DNA of 64,000 nt from a virus. Each line of letters opens with the position of its first letter. The stretch's first letter is position 1. Below are positions 35,409 to 46,097 of the stretch, piece after piece. The notes beneath the pieces are model-generated. The model saw only the letters and a program-made list of their open reading frames with translations, was not told the DNA's origin and did not search any database. Position numbers and translations under genes: made by a program. The stretch covers positions 32,001 to 96,000 of IMG/VR virus record IMGVR_UViG_3300035703_000020; one strand, written 5' to 3'.

Positions 35409-38400
35409 ATGCCGCAGTACGCACCGCTCCCCAACATCGAGCTCGACCCACGCAACGAGACCGAGCTCGTGGCGGCCGCGGCGCAGAGGGTCTTCGAGGC
35501 GTCCGGCTCCACGATCAACGACTTCTCGGCCGGGTCGCCGATAGCGGCCCTGCTCGAGGGCCAGGCTTTCGCGCAGGCCGAGTTCCTGCAGTTCGCCAAC
35601 CAGTTCCCAGAGTCCGTCCTCGTCGAGTGGATCGGCCCGTTCCTCGGCGCGCAAAGGCGCGCGGGCGCGGGCGCCACCGTATCGCTGGAGTTCTCCATCG
35701 TCCCCCGCGACAGCGAGTTCGTCGTCTTCCCGGGCTTCGAGGTGTCGACCGACTCGAACCTGACGGGCGGCCAGTCGATCACCTTCATCACGACCGAGCA
35801 GGTCACCATCCCGGCCGGCGAGAGCACCGGCCGCGGCACCGCCCTGTCCCTGCTCAAGGGCGCCGCGATGAATGTCGCCGCGAACACGATCACCAGGGTG
35901 CTCACGAGCCTTGACGGCGTCGAGTCCGTCGTCAACCCCGAGCCCGCCTACGGCGGGGAGGACCCGGAGCTCCTGGACGAGGTCAAGCAGCGTTTCTTCA
36001 CGCTGATCCGCCGCCGCAACCCCGTCTCCGCCGAGGACTGGCAGAGCTTCTTCGAGGACGCGCTGGGCGCTGGCGCCGCCGTCAACGTGCTCCCGCGCCG
36101 CTCGGAGAAGGAGGTCTACCGCTACGAGGCGGACTACGTCACCTCCAACCCCTCGGTCTCGTTCTTCGCGCTCAACCCCGACGGGACCCCGCTCACACTC
36201 GCGCAGCGCAACGGGCTGCAGAACCTGATCAAATTCAGCCTCCCGATCGAGTTCACCGGCAACGTGTACTCGATGGAGGTCGACGACGTTGACGTGAACA
36301 TCACGATCGCGTACGACCCAGCCAAGAATTACGCCACCGACCTGCGCAACTTCAGCCGCACGGTGCGGGACAGCCTGTTCGGGATCATGACGCCGAACGC
36401 GGTGTTCCCCATCAGCTACGCCCCGTCGGTGTCGGACGTCGAGGGCGCCCTGACCAACTCCTTCCCGGCCGTGTTCGGCTCGGGCAACCAGTTCGTCGAC
36501 CCGGACGTCGAGGCGATCTACGCCTACTACACGCCGCGGAACATGTCCTCGGCGACCTTCACCCGCGTCGTCCCCAAGCCGTTCGTCACGGACTACTCGC
36601 TGAACCAGAACGACCTGGTGGTGGACGCGACCGGCGTCGAGCAGAGGTTCTATCCTGTTGCTACGGGCTTCAACCCCGTCACGGGCTCCAAGGTCTACCA
36701 TAACAACCTCGGGGACCTGTCGCTGGTCATCATCCAGGACCTGACCGCGTCGACCTACAGCACGGGCGACGTGATCTCCATCGGCATCGAGGGCGACGCC
36801 ACGCTGCACGTGGTGCTCGCGCCGTTCACCTACAACGCCAGGAAGACTATCCCCCAGCTCGTCTCCGAGGGCCTGCTCAGCGAGGCCAAGGAGTTCACCG
36901 AGTTCCTGGTCAACAACGAGTACGTGGCGACCGACTCGCAGGGGCGGTACAACCCGCAGCTCATAGAGTTCGAGCGCGGCGACACCGACTTCGAGACGTT
37001 CGAGCCGCGCAACCCGGCCGGCGTCCCGCCGTCCAGACGCGCGGGGTGGCCCGTGTGGGTCGTGGCGCGCAACTTCACGCGCGTGACCAACACGACCAAC
37101 CTCTCGACCGCCCAGGCCGAGGGCTTCGTGTCAACCTTCCCCGAGGAGGTCCTGCTGCTCGAGCCTGGCGTCGAGTACGTCGCCGGGGCGTACGTGTCGA
37201 CCCCCTCGCCCGAGGAGGCGCTGCTGCGATCCATCCTCGCCGAGGTGTGCTATACCGACGTCCTGCGCGGCGCCGCCAAGGTGTACGCCAAGGTGCTCAA
37301 CACCTTCACCTTCACGCTGGGCGCGGACCAGACCTACAAGGAGGAGATCGACGGCCTCGTCGCGGCGGGCATCATCGAGATCATCGACGTCGTCGACTTC
37401 GTGGACTGCGCCGGCAGGTCCTCGTTCAAGGACCGCCCGTTCCGCTACTCGGCCAGGTTCCGCACAGGCGAGTACCTCCGCTACCGCCCCGAGGGCGGGT
37501 TCGACGCGAAGCAGCTCGAGGAGTGCTTCCGCGAGTCCGCGACCTGCCCCAACCTCTCGTCCGGCTGCAAGCGGCTGATCGAGCAGAACCTCCCGCTCCC
37601 GTCGTACTACTACGTCCTCAAGGACTTCACGCCGAACACGGTGAGCATCAAGGACCTGGTCGACCAGGGCCTGATCATCGAGGTCCCGTCCACCTACTTC
37701 TTCACCAAGTACGCGGTCACCGTGTCGACGGCGACGGAGCTGGTCACGGCCGAGATGATCACCAACCTGATGATCTCACAGGGGCTGATCGACAGCACCT
37801 CCGACCTGTCCGTCGGCGATAACGTGACGCTCAAGGACATCTCCGGGCGCGACGTCAGGATCTACTTCTGGGACGGCGAGAGCTGGAGCATGGACGTCGG
37901 CGGGATCCCGACCTACCGCGACATCTTCCGCTTCGCGCCGCGCGACGCGGCCAGCTTCCGCAGTGGGAGCGTCGTCCGCCAGTACGAGGCGACACAGCAC
38001 GTCACCCCGATCCTCGACCTGGAGACCTACTACGACAACGGGGTCTTCGTCGCGTCCGAGCGCACCGAGAACGTCAAGTACACCGACCCGCTCTACCACT
38101 ACGAGGACGTTGTCGCCGACGTCACGGACAAGCAGGCCCGGTTCTACAGGGCGATCAGGTCGTTCACGCCGCCAGCCACCGTCACGACGTGGGTCGGCCC
38201 GGATCAGCCCAACACCGAGCGGGTGGAGGAGGTCTTCGGCAACCTACTCAAGTTCGTCGTGCAGGCCGAGGGCCAGGACGACATCTACTCCAGGCTCGGC
38301 CCGCAGGTGTCCACCACGAAGCTGGGCGTGGCCAACATCAAGCTGCGCTCGCAGGCCAACAAGAACCCGGAGAACAACTTTGTGTGGGAGTCGACTGACG

Positions 38401-38492
38401 CCGCGCTGACGCCGCCGCAGCTGTCGTTCTTCACCGGCACTCAGTTCCAGTACAAACCAGTCGACTACGGCAGCGGCACGCTCGCCCTATGA
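35409..38492 (+). CDS. baseplate J-like protein (extended)
   Basis: LDPRNE, DFSAGSP, NPEPAYGGEDPE, VSAEDW. Confidence 0.82.
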   Translation: MPQYAPLPNIELDPRNETELVAAAAQRVFEASGSTINDFSAGSPIAALLEGQAFAQAEFLQFANQFPESVLVEWIGPFLGAQRRAGAGATVSLEFSIVPRDSEFVVFPGFEVSTDSNLTGGQSITFITTEQVTIPAGESTGRGTALSLLKGAAMNVAANTITRVLTSLDGVESVVNPEPAYGGEDPELLDEVKQRFFTLIRRRNPVSAEDWQSFFEDALGAGAAVNVLPRRSEKEVYRYEADYVTSNPSVSFFALNPDGTPLTLAQRNGLQNLIKFSLPIEFTGNVYSMEVDDVDVNITIAYDPAKNYATDLRNFSRTVRDSLFGIMTPNAVFPISYAPSVSDVEGALTNSFPAVFGSGNQFVDPDVEAIYAYYTPRNMSSATFTRVVPKPFVTDYSLNQNDLVVDATGVEQRFYPVATGFNPVTGSKVYHNNLGDLSLVIIQDLTASTYSTGDVISIGIEGDATLHVVLAPFTYNARKTIPQLVSEGLLSEAKEFTEFLVNNEYVATDSQGRYNPQLIEFERGDTDFETFEPRNPAGVPPSRRAGWPVWVVARNFTRVTNTTNLSTAQAEGFVSTFPEEVLLLEPGVEYVAGAYVSTPSPEEALLRSILAEVCYTDVLRGAAKVYAKVLNTFTFTLGADQTYKEEIDGLVAAGIIEIIDVVDFVDCAGRSSFKDRPFRYSARFRTGEYLRYRPEGGFDAKQLEECFRESATCPNLSSGCKRLIEQNLPLPSYYYVLKDFTPNTVSIKDLVDQGLIIEVPSTYFFTKYAVTVSTATELVTAEMITNLMISQGLIDSTSDLSVGDNVTLKDISGRDVRIYFWDGESWSMDVGGIPTYRDIFRFAPRDAASFRSGSVVRQYEATQHVTPILDLETYYDNGVFVASERTENVKYTDPLYHYEDVVADVTDKQARFYRAIRSFTPPATVTTWVGPDQPNTERVEEVFGNLLKFVVQAEGQDDIYSRLGPQVSTTKLGVANIKLRSQANKNPENNFVWESTDAALTPPQLSFFTGTQFQYKPVDYGSGTLAL

Positions 38493-40159
38493 CCGAAGCA
38501 CTCCCACAGTCGCAGATAGGGCCGCTGGCAACGACCCTCTACGCCGAGACGCAGCCCGTTGTAAAATTCCTCAACCCCGACGCAGCGAGGGTCATCGGCT
38601 TCTCGCCCGTCCCCACAGTCTGGGGGAGGGCGACCGGACGCCCCATATACGACCGCCTGCCGTCCGCGAGCGAGGCCTACGTCACAGACTACGAGGCCGG
38701 GAACAGGGTCAAGATCTTCATTGGCGACCAGAACGTCGCCACCGGCTCGGGCACGCTCCAGGTCGGAGCTTGGCAGCCCGATCCAGGCATCCTGGTCGTC
38801 CAGAGCGGCACCCTCGTGTGGAGGAACGGCCCGGTCGACGTCGAAGCCCTCGCGATCAAGCTCTCGGCCCTCAACGAGGGCGGCGGGCTGCAGGACGGCG
38901 AGTACCAGGTCGGCTACATCATGCGGTACGAGGCGGACACGTCCGCCAAGTACAAGGAGTACAAGGTCGAGGACTACTCCCTGGCCGCCAGCGCGACCGT
39001 GTACGGCGCGACGGCCGCCGCCGAGCAGTACCCGGTGGAGGTGGCGTTTACCGACGAGCTCGACACGAGCTGGAGGCCCTCGGACAGCGGGTACGTCGGC
39101 GGTTACGACGACGGCCAGGCGCTCATCCTCGACTTCACGCAGCCCGTCAAGGCCGAGAGGTTCACGCTGACCGCCTCGGCGGTCGAGTACGCCACCGCGA
39201 AGTGCTCGGCCTACTGGTCCGACGACGGCATCATCTGGCACCTCGACGACAGGGTGTGGGAGCCCAAGGGCGGCCGGTGGGACATCACCGTGTCCACGCA
39301 GGAGCGCCATAGGTATTGGCGCCTGTACTTCTGGTCCGGCGTCGTCGACGTGCAGCAGTTCGCGTACACCGGGACCGCGCTGTACGCCGACCAGCGCCGC
39401 ACCGGCGCGGTGTCGGTCGCGGAGCCGTACCTGGACGAGCTCTACGAGCAGGTCGACGGCGCGCACATCATGCTGGCCGCGATCGAGGTCCGCGGCAACG
39501 AGGTCGTGCGCGTCGAGGACTACCGCCTCTCGCAGATCACCTACCAGCAGTTTCAGCCGGTGGCGTCCTGGATCACGTCGTTCCAGGACGAGTCGCTGCG
39601 CAGGTACTTCACCGACGTGGAGAAGTACGCGGAGCGGTGGATGGCCCCTCCCACGGCGGCGTACGGGATCTACGACGAGCTGCTGTACGACAACACGTTC
39701 GAGATCGGGTCAGACCTCGACTATCCGAGGTTGGAGCTGCCGTCGGTGGTCCGCCTCGAGGCCGGGTACTACTTCACGTACGACGACATAGACATCCGGA
39801 TAGACGGGGAGCAGAACTACTACCAGAACCCGGTCCTGCTCGACATCCCGACGCCGGAGATAACGACGGAGACCGGCATCCCGATCGCCACGACCGACAA
39901 CCGGGCCCTCGCGATCGACCGGCCAAGGTCGACGATGATGTACTCGTTCAAGGGTAAGAGTGATTCGCTCGGCCTTGCGACCAACCCCGGCGATCTCCAG
40001 ATCCAGGGCGATGAGGTCACCGTGTACGAATCGTCAAGCGCGATCGCACCGTACCACGTGACCAACGTCGCGGCCCCAGAGGACGACAGCGACCTGTCCA
40101 CGAAAGCGTACGTGGACGCCGCACTCATCGTGAATATGGACAATGGCGCATACGACTGA
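38489..40159 (+). CDS. baseplate/tail protein with discoidin-like domain
   Basis: LILDF..WSDDGIIW..HRYWRL; ends DNGAYD. Confidence 0.6.
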   Translation: MTEALPQSQIGPLATTLYAETQPVVKFLNPDAARVIGFSPVPTVWGRATGRPIYDRLPSASEAYVTDYEAGNRVKIFIGDQNVATGSGTLQVGAWQPDPGILVVQSGTLVWRNGPVDVEALAIKLSALNEGGGLQDGEYQVGYIMRYEADTSAKYKEYKVEDYSLAASATVYGATAAAEQYPVEVAFTDELDTSWRPSDSGYVGGYDDGQALILDFTQPVKAERFTLTASAVEYATAKCSAYWSDDGIIWHLDDRVWEPKGGRWDITVSTQERHRYWRLYFWSGVVDVQQFAYTGTALYADQRRTGAVSVAEPYLDELYEQVDGAHIMLAAIEVRGNEVVRVEDYRLSQITYQQFQPVASWITSFQDESLRRYFTDVEKYAERWMAPPTAAYGIYDELLYDNTFEIGSDLDYPRLELPSVVRLEAGYYFTYDDIDIRIDGEQNYYQNPVLLDIPTPEITTETGIPIATTDNRALAIDRPRSTMMYSFKGKSDSLGLATNPGDLQIQGDEVTVYESSSAIAPYHVTNVAAPEDDSDLSTKAYVDAALIVNMDNGAYD

Positions 40160-40349
40160 GGTAGTTTCCGCGGACGTCCAGGTGACTGGCGTCCTCGACA
40201 TGCGCACGAACCGCATCACCGGGCTCGATCTGGACCTCGACTTCTACCCGCAGCTCCCAGAGGACGGCGCGAGCAAGAAGTACGTCGACTTCACGCGCAA
40301 CGCGATCATAGAGGCTCTGCCAGCACTCGTCAACAACGGGACGTTCTGA
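40143..40349 (+). CDS. small tail-fibre-like protein
   Basis: LDMRTNRITGL..DGASKKYVD; ends VNNGTF. Confidence 0.55.
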   Translation: MAHTTEVVSADVQVTGVLDMRTNRITGLDLDLDFYPQLPEDGASKKYVDFTRNAIIEALPALVNNGTF

Positions 40350-40353
40350 AGAG

Positions 40354-43300
40354 ATGCCTCGCCAGATATTTGATGTAGAGCAATACGAACTCCGCGGGAC
40401 GCTCCCGCAGACCTACACCGAGGGCCAGAAGACGGTTCTCAACAGGGTCGTCTCGCGCGTAAACGGCCAGCTCGACTGGACCGCCCAGCTGCTCGGCTTC
40501 AACGGCCCGCGCTACTGGGGCAACGCGTCCACCGACGCCGAGGGCAACTACGAGTTCATCGGCCTGCCGCAGACGGTCGCGGAGAAGCGCGCGCTGCAGG
40601 TCGGCGCGTTTGGCGTCTACAGTAAGGACAAGCCGTACGAGTCCTGGCCGGCGCCGTTCAACCGCAAGGCCGTCGGCGCGTCGGCCGACCTGACCTTCTC
40701 GGCGGAGGACCGCGACGGGCAGGTAGCCGTCTGGCCGTTCGCCCAGGACCGCAATTTCACCTTCGAGAAGTCCCCCTACCTGGTGGTGGGCGGGGCCTAC
40801 ACGTTCGACCAGCTCGTCGACGTCTCGGTCTTCAACGCCGACCCCGACACGGTCGAGGTCATCCAGGATCTCGACCAACGCGTGACGCGCGTCCGCGTCC
40901 TGAGCGACGACGTCCAGTTCATCTCGGTGTTCCTGACCGAGTCGCCCGACGCCAAGCCCTTCACCTTCACCACGCGAAAGTGGGAGGACCCGTCCGACTG
41001 GGACGACGACCAGGTCCGGGAGCAATTCCTAGGCGCCTGGGGCAGCAAGGGCAACCAGCTGTCGATGCACTTCGCGTTCGACGCCCTCGACCTGCACGGC
41101 TTCAACGAGGTCGAGGCGCTCTCGCTCGACAAGATCACCGGGGCGCTCAAGATCGAGCGGCTGCTCGGGCTGATCGGACTCAAGCCAGGGCCGATGGCCG
41201 CCCTGGTCTCCGCCCCGTACGCGTTCGAGGTCGAGGGCTGCGAGGTGACGGGGCCCTTCAGCCCGTCCGTCGACTTCGAGTCCACGTCGGTCACGATCAC
41301 CACCAATGACTTCTTCGACATCGTCACGGAGGACGGCCGCGTCATAGCCACCGACGAGGGGTCGTGCGGCGTCCAGGATTACATCTTCATGCTCACCGAC
41401 GGCAACGACGGCGAGGGCGGGCTGGTAGACTTCGACAACGGCTTCTTCCCCGACGAGGGGAACGTGGGCTGCTTCACCGATAACGGGACGCTCGAGCTGC
41501 CGGGGTCGGCCACCGGCGAGATGAACAACGGGGAGTACGAGCTGATCGGCGACTTCCCGACAGAGGCCAACGGGATATACGACCAGAACCCACTCTCGAT
41601 CTGCCAGACAGACCCCGACACAACCCCGACAGGTACCCTGTCCAACGGCGAGTACCCGGGCGACTACTACCCCAACCCCGGCGGCTCGGTCGATAACGAC
41701 GGCACCTACGACATCAGCATCGAGCAGCTGATGACGGAGGACCTGAGGCTCATCTCCGCCAACAACGAGTCCTTCGACTACAGCGGCTGCTACAGGGAGC
41801 CCGACGAGACCTACGGGGTCTGCGAGACCTGCGACTACACCCTCACGCTGCGCCAGACGTACGACACGACCCCGAACGAGATCGCGACGGACCCCGGCCC
41901 CGAGGCCAGCATCCCGATCGGACTCAACGGGTTCATGCGCGACGAGCCGATCTCCTGCGGGCTGGACAACGGCACGTTCGAGGACGCGGTCCTGACGAAC
42001 TTCTACCTCGACCGCGCGCGGACGGTCCTCTGGGAGGACATCGTGCCGGTGAACTCCTTCACCGTCGAGACAAGGGCGCAGGGCACGTTCACCATCACCG
42101 AGGTCGGGGGCCTGTTCGAGTTCCTGGCGCGCGACCGCTTCGTGGCTATCCCACCGCCCTCAAACGCTACGAACGGCGGGGTCGTCGACGACGGCTCCTA
42201 CGGGGATCTCAACCCGAACGCGCTGACGCGCTTCGACCTCAACCTGCCGGACCAGGACATCTTCGGGGGCATCCTCGACCTGGGCGACCTGTCGCCCGCG
42301 GTCGGCACCACCGCGTGGGACTGGGGCGTCGTCTACACGGTGCCGTTCAACGGCGTGGTCGACCAGCAGCAGGCGGACTACGCCATCTACGACGGCATCT
42401 ACGACCAGGACCCGGCGCTCAACTGCCCCGAGCCGCAGGCGCCCGAGATCAACATTAACTACTTCGACCTGGTCACCGACGTGCTCGGCGAGCCGGGCCC
42501 CATCCTCGTGTCCGACTCCGGGGTGGACAACGAGATCGTGCTCACCGCGTCCGGGGACGAGGAGGACGGGTACGACGGGATGACCATCGCCTTCGACGGC
42601 CTGGAGCTCGCCGAGCTCGCCTTCGACTACGAGGCGAAGACGCCGTTCGCGATGACGGAGTTCCCGTCCATCGAATGGGTGGTCGACCTGCAGTTGAACA
42701 ACGGGACCTTCTACCCCGTATCCGACCAGGGGGCGTGGATGGGCACCGACGACGGAGACTTCGACGAGCGCATGGAGTTCGTGCAGCTCGGCTCCATCGC
42801 GTCCGAGTTCGACTCAGAGCTCGACGCCATAGGCCTGAACTTCCGCGGCGGCCTCCTGACCTTCGACGACGGCGAGTTCGACCAGCTCGTCGAGCCCAAC
42901 TGCGACTTCGAGGGCGGCAGCCCGTGCGCGCTCGTCGACGGAGGGGTCCTCATCGAGGGCGTCGACTACAATGAGCCCGACACGAACTGCTTCGAGGAGT
43001 GCGGCAAGATCGACAGCGGCCTGTACCAGTTCTACGGCTTCATCCCGCCGGCCTTCCCGGTCATCGACGGCCAGGGGTCGCGGGTCATCCCGGACTCCTG
43101 CGTCCTGTACGACAACTCGACCTACGACCGCGTCCCGCGCCCTGACGTGGCCGGGGGCGGTTACTACTCGTGCACCACGTACGACAACTCCGTCTACCCG
43201 TTCACCGGGATCTACGACTGCAACCTCGAGGAGTGGGGCGAGTTCGGGCTCAGCCCGAGCGGCGTCTACGCGGACCAGGGCGAGTACACCGACGCGTTCC

Positions 43301-45411
43301 CCGAGAGCTGCGCGCCGTGCGGCTCGGACGAGGAGGGTTTCGACTGCTACGTCAACAACGGCACGATGGAGGACGTGATCCCGTCCTTCACGGCCGACGA
43401 GGGCTTCTACGACAACGCGTTCGAGATCTGCACGCCGTGCACCGCCGAGCCTGAGCCCGTGGTGCCGTGCTACGTGCCGCCCGTCCGCGTGCGGCTGGAC
43501 AAGGTCGTCTATGCCAGCCCCCTCTGGAAGTTCAATCCCTCGGTGATGAATTCCACCACGCCCCTGAGGGTGTGGAAGAACCACGTGCTGGAGGTGGTGG
43601 ACGACGCGTCGGACGAGATCTCGAACGAGAACGTCTCAGAATTCCTGGAGTCCAAGGCGTACCACAACGCGCTCGTTGCCGACCACAACACAGGGCCGGA
43701 GCGGGAGAACTCCTACCGGTACTTCGTGCGCCTCCCGGCCGAGTACTCGAGGAACAGCCGCCAGTGGAACAAGGCGACGAACATCGTCGGCTCGTACGGC
43801 TACTTCTCCTCGGTCTACCCGCTCGCGGACACCGCGGTCAGGCCCTACGACCTGCGCCCGTACCTGTACGACGACGTCTACTGCCAGTGCGCCGCGGACC
43901 TGCCAGACTACGCGATCTTCTACCAGGAGGACTACCTGGTCTCGACGATCAAGGAGGCCCGCATCAACGCCCAGGCCGGCTTCGCCGACTCGCGCATAGA
44001 GTTCGAGGACGCGGCCGAGGTCTTCCCGTTCCAGGCAGGGCTCATCACTGAGTACGACGCGTACGACGAGCGCGAGATAGTTAACGGCGACGGCGAGTGG
44101 GCGGGTACCTACTTCAAGTGGCAGCGGCGTGGCCCGCTGACCGGCTACCTGATCACGGACGTCCTCGACAGCCGCATCCGCGCGGTGGAGTACTCCGAGC
44201 AGCCGGAGGGCGACTACTCGTTCATCAAGGCGCCGAACACGGAGTTCCCGGACGACGTCGACGTGGCGAACTTCGCCAACTACGTGGTCGGCTACGCGTA
44301 CTTCACCGCCGACCTGTCGGCGGCGGACGAGCCCGTGTTCGACCCGGCCGTCAAGTACAGCTGGCGCGAGTGCAACATCCCCAAGTGCGACGACGCGACG
44401 CCGGTGTTTGCCACGGACATCACCAATCTGGAGATCCTCACGGAGGGCGGCTTCAGTATCGGCATCGGCGGCCCGCCGGTCTACGTCGAGGGCGCGGTGG
44501 AGTCTCGCACGGCGTACCTGCTGAACAGGTGCGAGAAGTTCGAGGCCCCGGAGGTCAACATCCAGCAGATCATCGAGCAGCCGTTCTCAGGCGGCAGGCC
44601 GGGTCAGCAGGGGCCCGCCCCGCGGCCCACTGCTCCCCCGTCTGTGTCCATCGACGCCCTGCCCAACGGAGAGCTAAGCGGCCCGGCGCTTTTGACCGGC
44701 TCCGTCTCCGACGCCGGCTCCGTCGACCTCTGGATAGGGACCGACGTGCAGGCGGCCATCTCCGGCTCCTCGTGGTCGTACCAGATGACCAACGAGGACT
44801 TCAACGCCATGCTCGCCCTCGCGCAGGGCAACCCGGCCGAGTTCACCATCCAGGCGACCGCGACGTCGGCCACCGACGCCCGCAGCGCTAAGGCGCGCTA
44901 CAAGGTGGTCGTCAAGCAGCCGGCGGCGCAGGCCGACTTCTTCGTCATCACCTACGGCTTCACCAACGGCAGCGACCTCGACACGCGCACCGGCTTCGTC
45001 GACCCGGTGATCCCTGGATACGTGGGCTGGGGGCAGGGTACCAACCTTGCCCAGCTGACCTGGGGCGGAGACAACACGGGCACGGGCGTGGAGAGCGTCC
45101 TGTTCGACCGCGACACCTTCGAGGCCCAGAACCCCGGCCGCACGACGGTCTCGCTCGACCTCAGGGCGATGTGGTACGGCCCCGTCGGCACCGACCCCGT
45201 GACGATCACCGTGACATCGTACAAGGGCGGCCAGATGGTCAAGAGCGGCCTCACGTGGACCAACCCGACCGCGGAGGCGACCTACACGAACTTCACGTCG
45301 ACCGCGAAGGTCATCAACCTGTTCTCGCGCCAGGGCAGCAACATCGGCCAGCGGGTGGCTATAATCGATCTGGACTACGTGGCCGGCACGGTAAATTACA
45401 GGGACTCGTGA
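40354..45411 (+). CDS. giant acidic virion protein (1685 aa) with about 20 D/N-x-G-x-Y/F repeats
   Basis: Long ORF, very Asp/Glu-rich, in the baseplate region. Confidence 0.75.
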   Translation: MPRQIFDVEQYELRGTLPQTYTEGQKTVLNRVVSRVNGQLDWTAQLLGFNGPRYWGNASTDAEGNYEFIGLPQTVAEKRALQVGAFGVYSKDKPYESWPAPFNRKAVGASADLTFSAEDRDGQVAVWPFAQDRNFTFEKSPYLVVGGAYTFDQLVDVSVFNADPDTVEVIQDLDQRVTRVRVLSDDVQFISVFLTESPDAKPFTFTTRKWEDPSDWDDDQVREQFLGAWGSKGNQLSMHFAFDALDLHGFNEVEALSLDKITGALKIERLLGLIGLKPGPMAALVSAPYAFEVEGCEVTGPFSPSVDFESTSVTITTNDFFDIVTEDGRVIATDEGSCGVQDYIFMLTDGNDGEGGLVDFDNGFFPDEGNVGCFTDNGTLELPGSATGEMNNGEYELIGDFPTEANGIYDQNPLSICQTDPDTTPTGTLSNGEYPGDYYPNPGGSVDNDGTYDISIEQLMTEDLRLISANNESFDYSGCYREPDETYGVCETCDYTLTLRQTYDTTPNEIATDPGPEASIPIGLNGFMRDEPISCGLDNGTFEDAVLTNFYLDRARTVLWEDIVPVNSFTVETRAQGTFTITEVGGLFEFLARDRFVAIPPPSNATNGGVVDDGSYGDLNPNALTRFDLNLPDQDIFGGILDLGDLSPAVGTTAWDWGVVYTVPFNGVVDQQQADYAIYDGIYDQDPALNCPEPQAPEININYFDLVTDVLGEPGPILVSDSGVDNEIVLTASGDEEDGYDGMTIAFDGLELAELAFDYEAKTPFAMTEFPSIEWVVDLQLNNGTFYPVSDQGAWMGTDDGDFDERMEFVQLGSIASEFDSELDAIGLNFRGGLLTFDDGEFDQLVEPNCDFEGGSPCALVDGGVLIEGVDYNEPDTNCFEECGKIDSGLYQFYGFIPPAFPVIDGQGSRVIPDSCVLYDNSTYDRVPRPDVAGGGYYSCTTYDNSVYPFTGIYDCNLEEWGEFGLSPSGVYADQGEYTDAFPESCAPCGSDEEGFDCYVNNGTMEDVIPSFTADEGFYDNAFEICTPCTAEPEPVVPCYVPPVRVRLDKVVYASPLWKFNPSVMNSTTPLRVWKNHVLEVVDDASDEISNENVSEFLESKAYHNALVADHNTGPERENSYRYFVRLPAEYSRNSRQWNKATNIVGSYGYFSSVYPLADTAVRPYDLRPYLYDDVYCQCAADLPDYAIFYQEDYLVSTIKEARINAQAGFADSRIEFEDAAEVFPFQAGLITEYDAYDEREIVNGDGEWAGTYFKWQRRGPLTGYLITDVLDSRIRAVEYSEQPEGDYSFIKAPNTEFPDDVDVANFANYVVGYAYFTADLSAADEPVFDPAVKYSWRECNIPKCDDATPVFATDITNLEILTEGGFSIGIGGPPVYVEGAVESRTAYLLNRCEKFEAPEVNIQQIIEQPFSGGRPGQQGPAPRPTAPPSVSIDALPNGELSGPALLTGSVSDAGSVDLWIGTDVQAAISGSSWSYQMTNEDFNAMLALAQGNPAEFTIQATATSATDARSAKARYKVVVKQPAAQADFFVITYGFTNGSDLDTRTGFVDPVIPGYVGWGQGTNLAQLTWGGDNTGTGVESVLFDRDTFEAQNPGRTTVSLDLRAMWYGPVGTDPVTITVTSYKGGQMVKSGLTWTNPTAEATYTNFTSTAKVINLFSRQGSNIGQRVAIIDLDYVAGTVNYRDS

Positions 45412-45412
45412 T

Positions 45413-46054
45413 ATGAAGGGCGGGCGCAATCTGGAACTCCTCGGCAGGCTGCTCAACAACTACAACCAGGCCGCCCAGTACGCCCGCGATAACGCGGGCA
45501 AGCTGCAGGAGACCGTCGGCCGCGTGGTCGACGTCGATGACCCGAAGGAGGAGGGGCGCATCAGGGTCGTGATCAACGAGGTCGACCCGAAGGTGCTCGA
45601 GGCGCAGGGCTTCCCGCAGGGCGACGCGAAGGAGACGGAGAGCGACTGGATCGAGCCGAACCCCGCGTTCAAGGGCAAGCAGCCCAAGTCGCTCGTCGGC
45701 CTGAAGGTGAAGATCCAACCCAAGCAGGGCGACCCGAACCAGATGGTGTTCGGCGACGTCGTGTACGACAAGGCCGACGACCCAAAGGCCAAGATGCCGG
45801 ACTCGTCGAACATGACGAGGCTCCCGGTGTACAAGGCGGGCGAGCTACCGCCGGCGACCAAGGAGAACGTGGGCTGCGTGATCGTCGAGAGTGGCGGGCC
45901 GCAGGGCTACGACTGGCTCATGGTGTGCCTCAACCGCGGCGGTTACAAGTGGGTCAGGCACATCGATAGGCTGCACATCCACCAGAGCCAGGAGCCTGAC
46001 AGCCACGGGGACAGCGAGGGCAAGGTCAACGACGACGTCGAGGCGACGACCTGA
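45413..46054 (+). CDS. baseplate spike (gpV/gp5 OB-fold-like)
   Basis: GRVVDVDDPKEEGRIRV, SDWI, C-terminal HIH. Confidence 0.7.
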   Translation: MKGGRNLELLGRLLNNYNQAAQYARDNAGKLQETVGRVVDVDDPKEEGRIRVVINEVDPKVLEAQGFPQGDAKETESDWIEPNPAFKGKQPKSLVGLKVKIQPKQGDPNQMVFGDVVYDKADDPKAKMPDSSNMTRLPVYKAGELPPATKENVGCVIVESGGPQGYDWLMVCLNRGGYKWVRHIDRLHIHQSQEPDSHGDSEGKVNDDVEATT

Positions 46055-46097
46055 CCCCGTCGGGTAAATCCAAGGGGACAGACCGTCCGACCGTGAC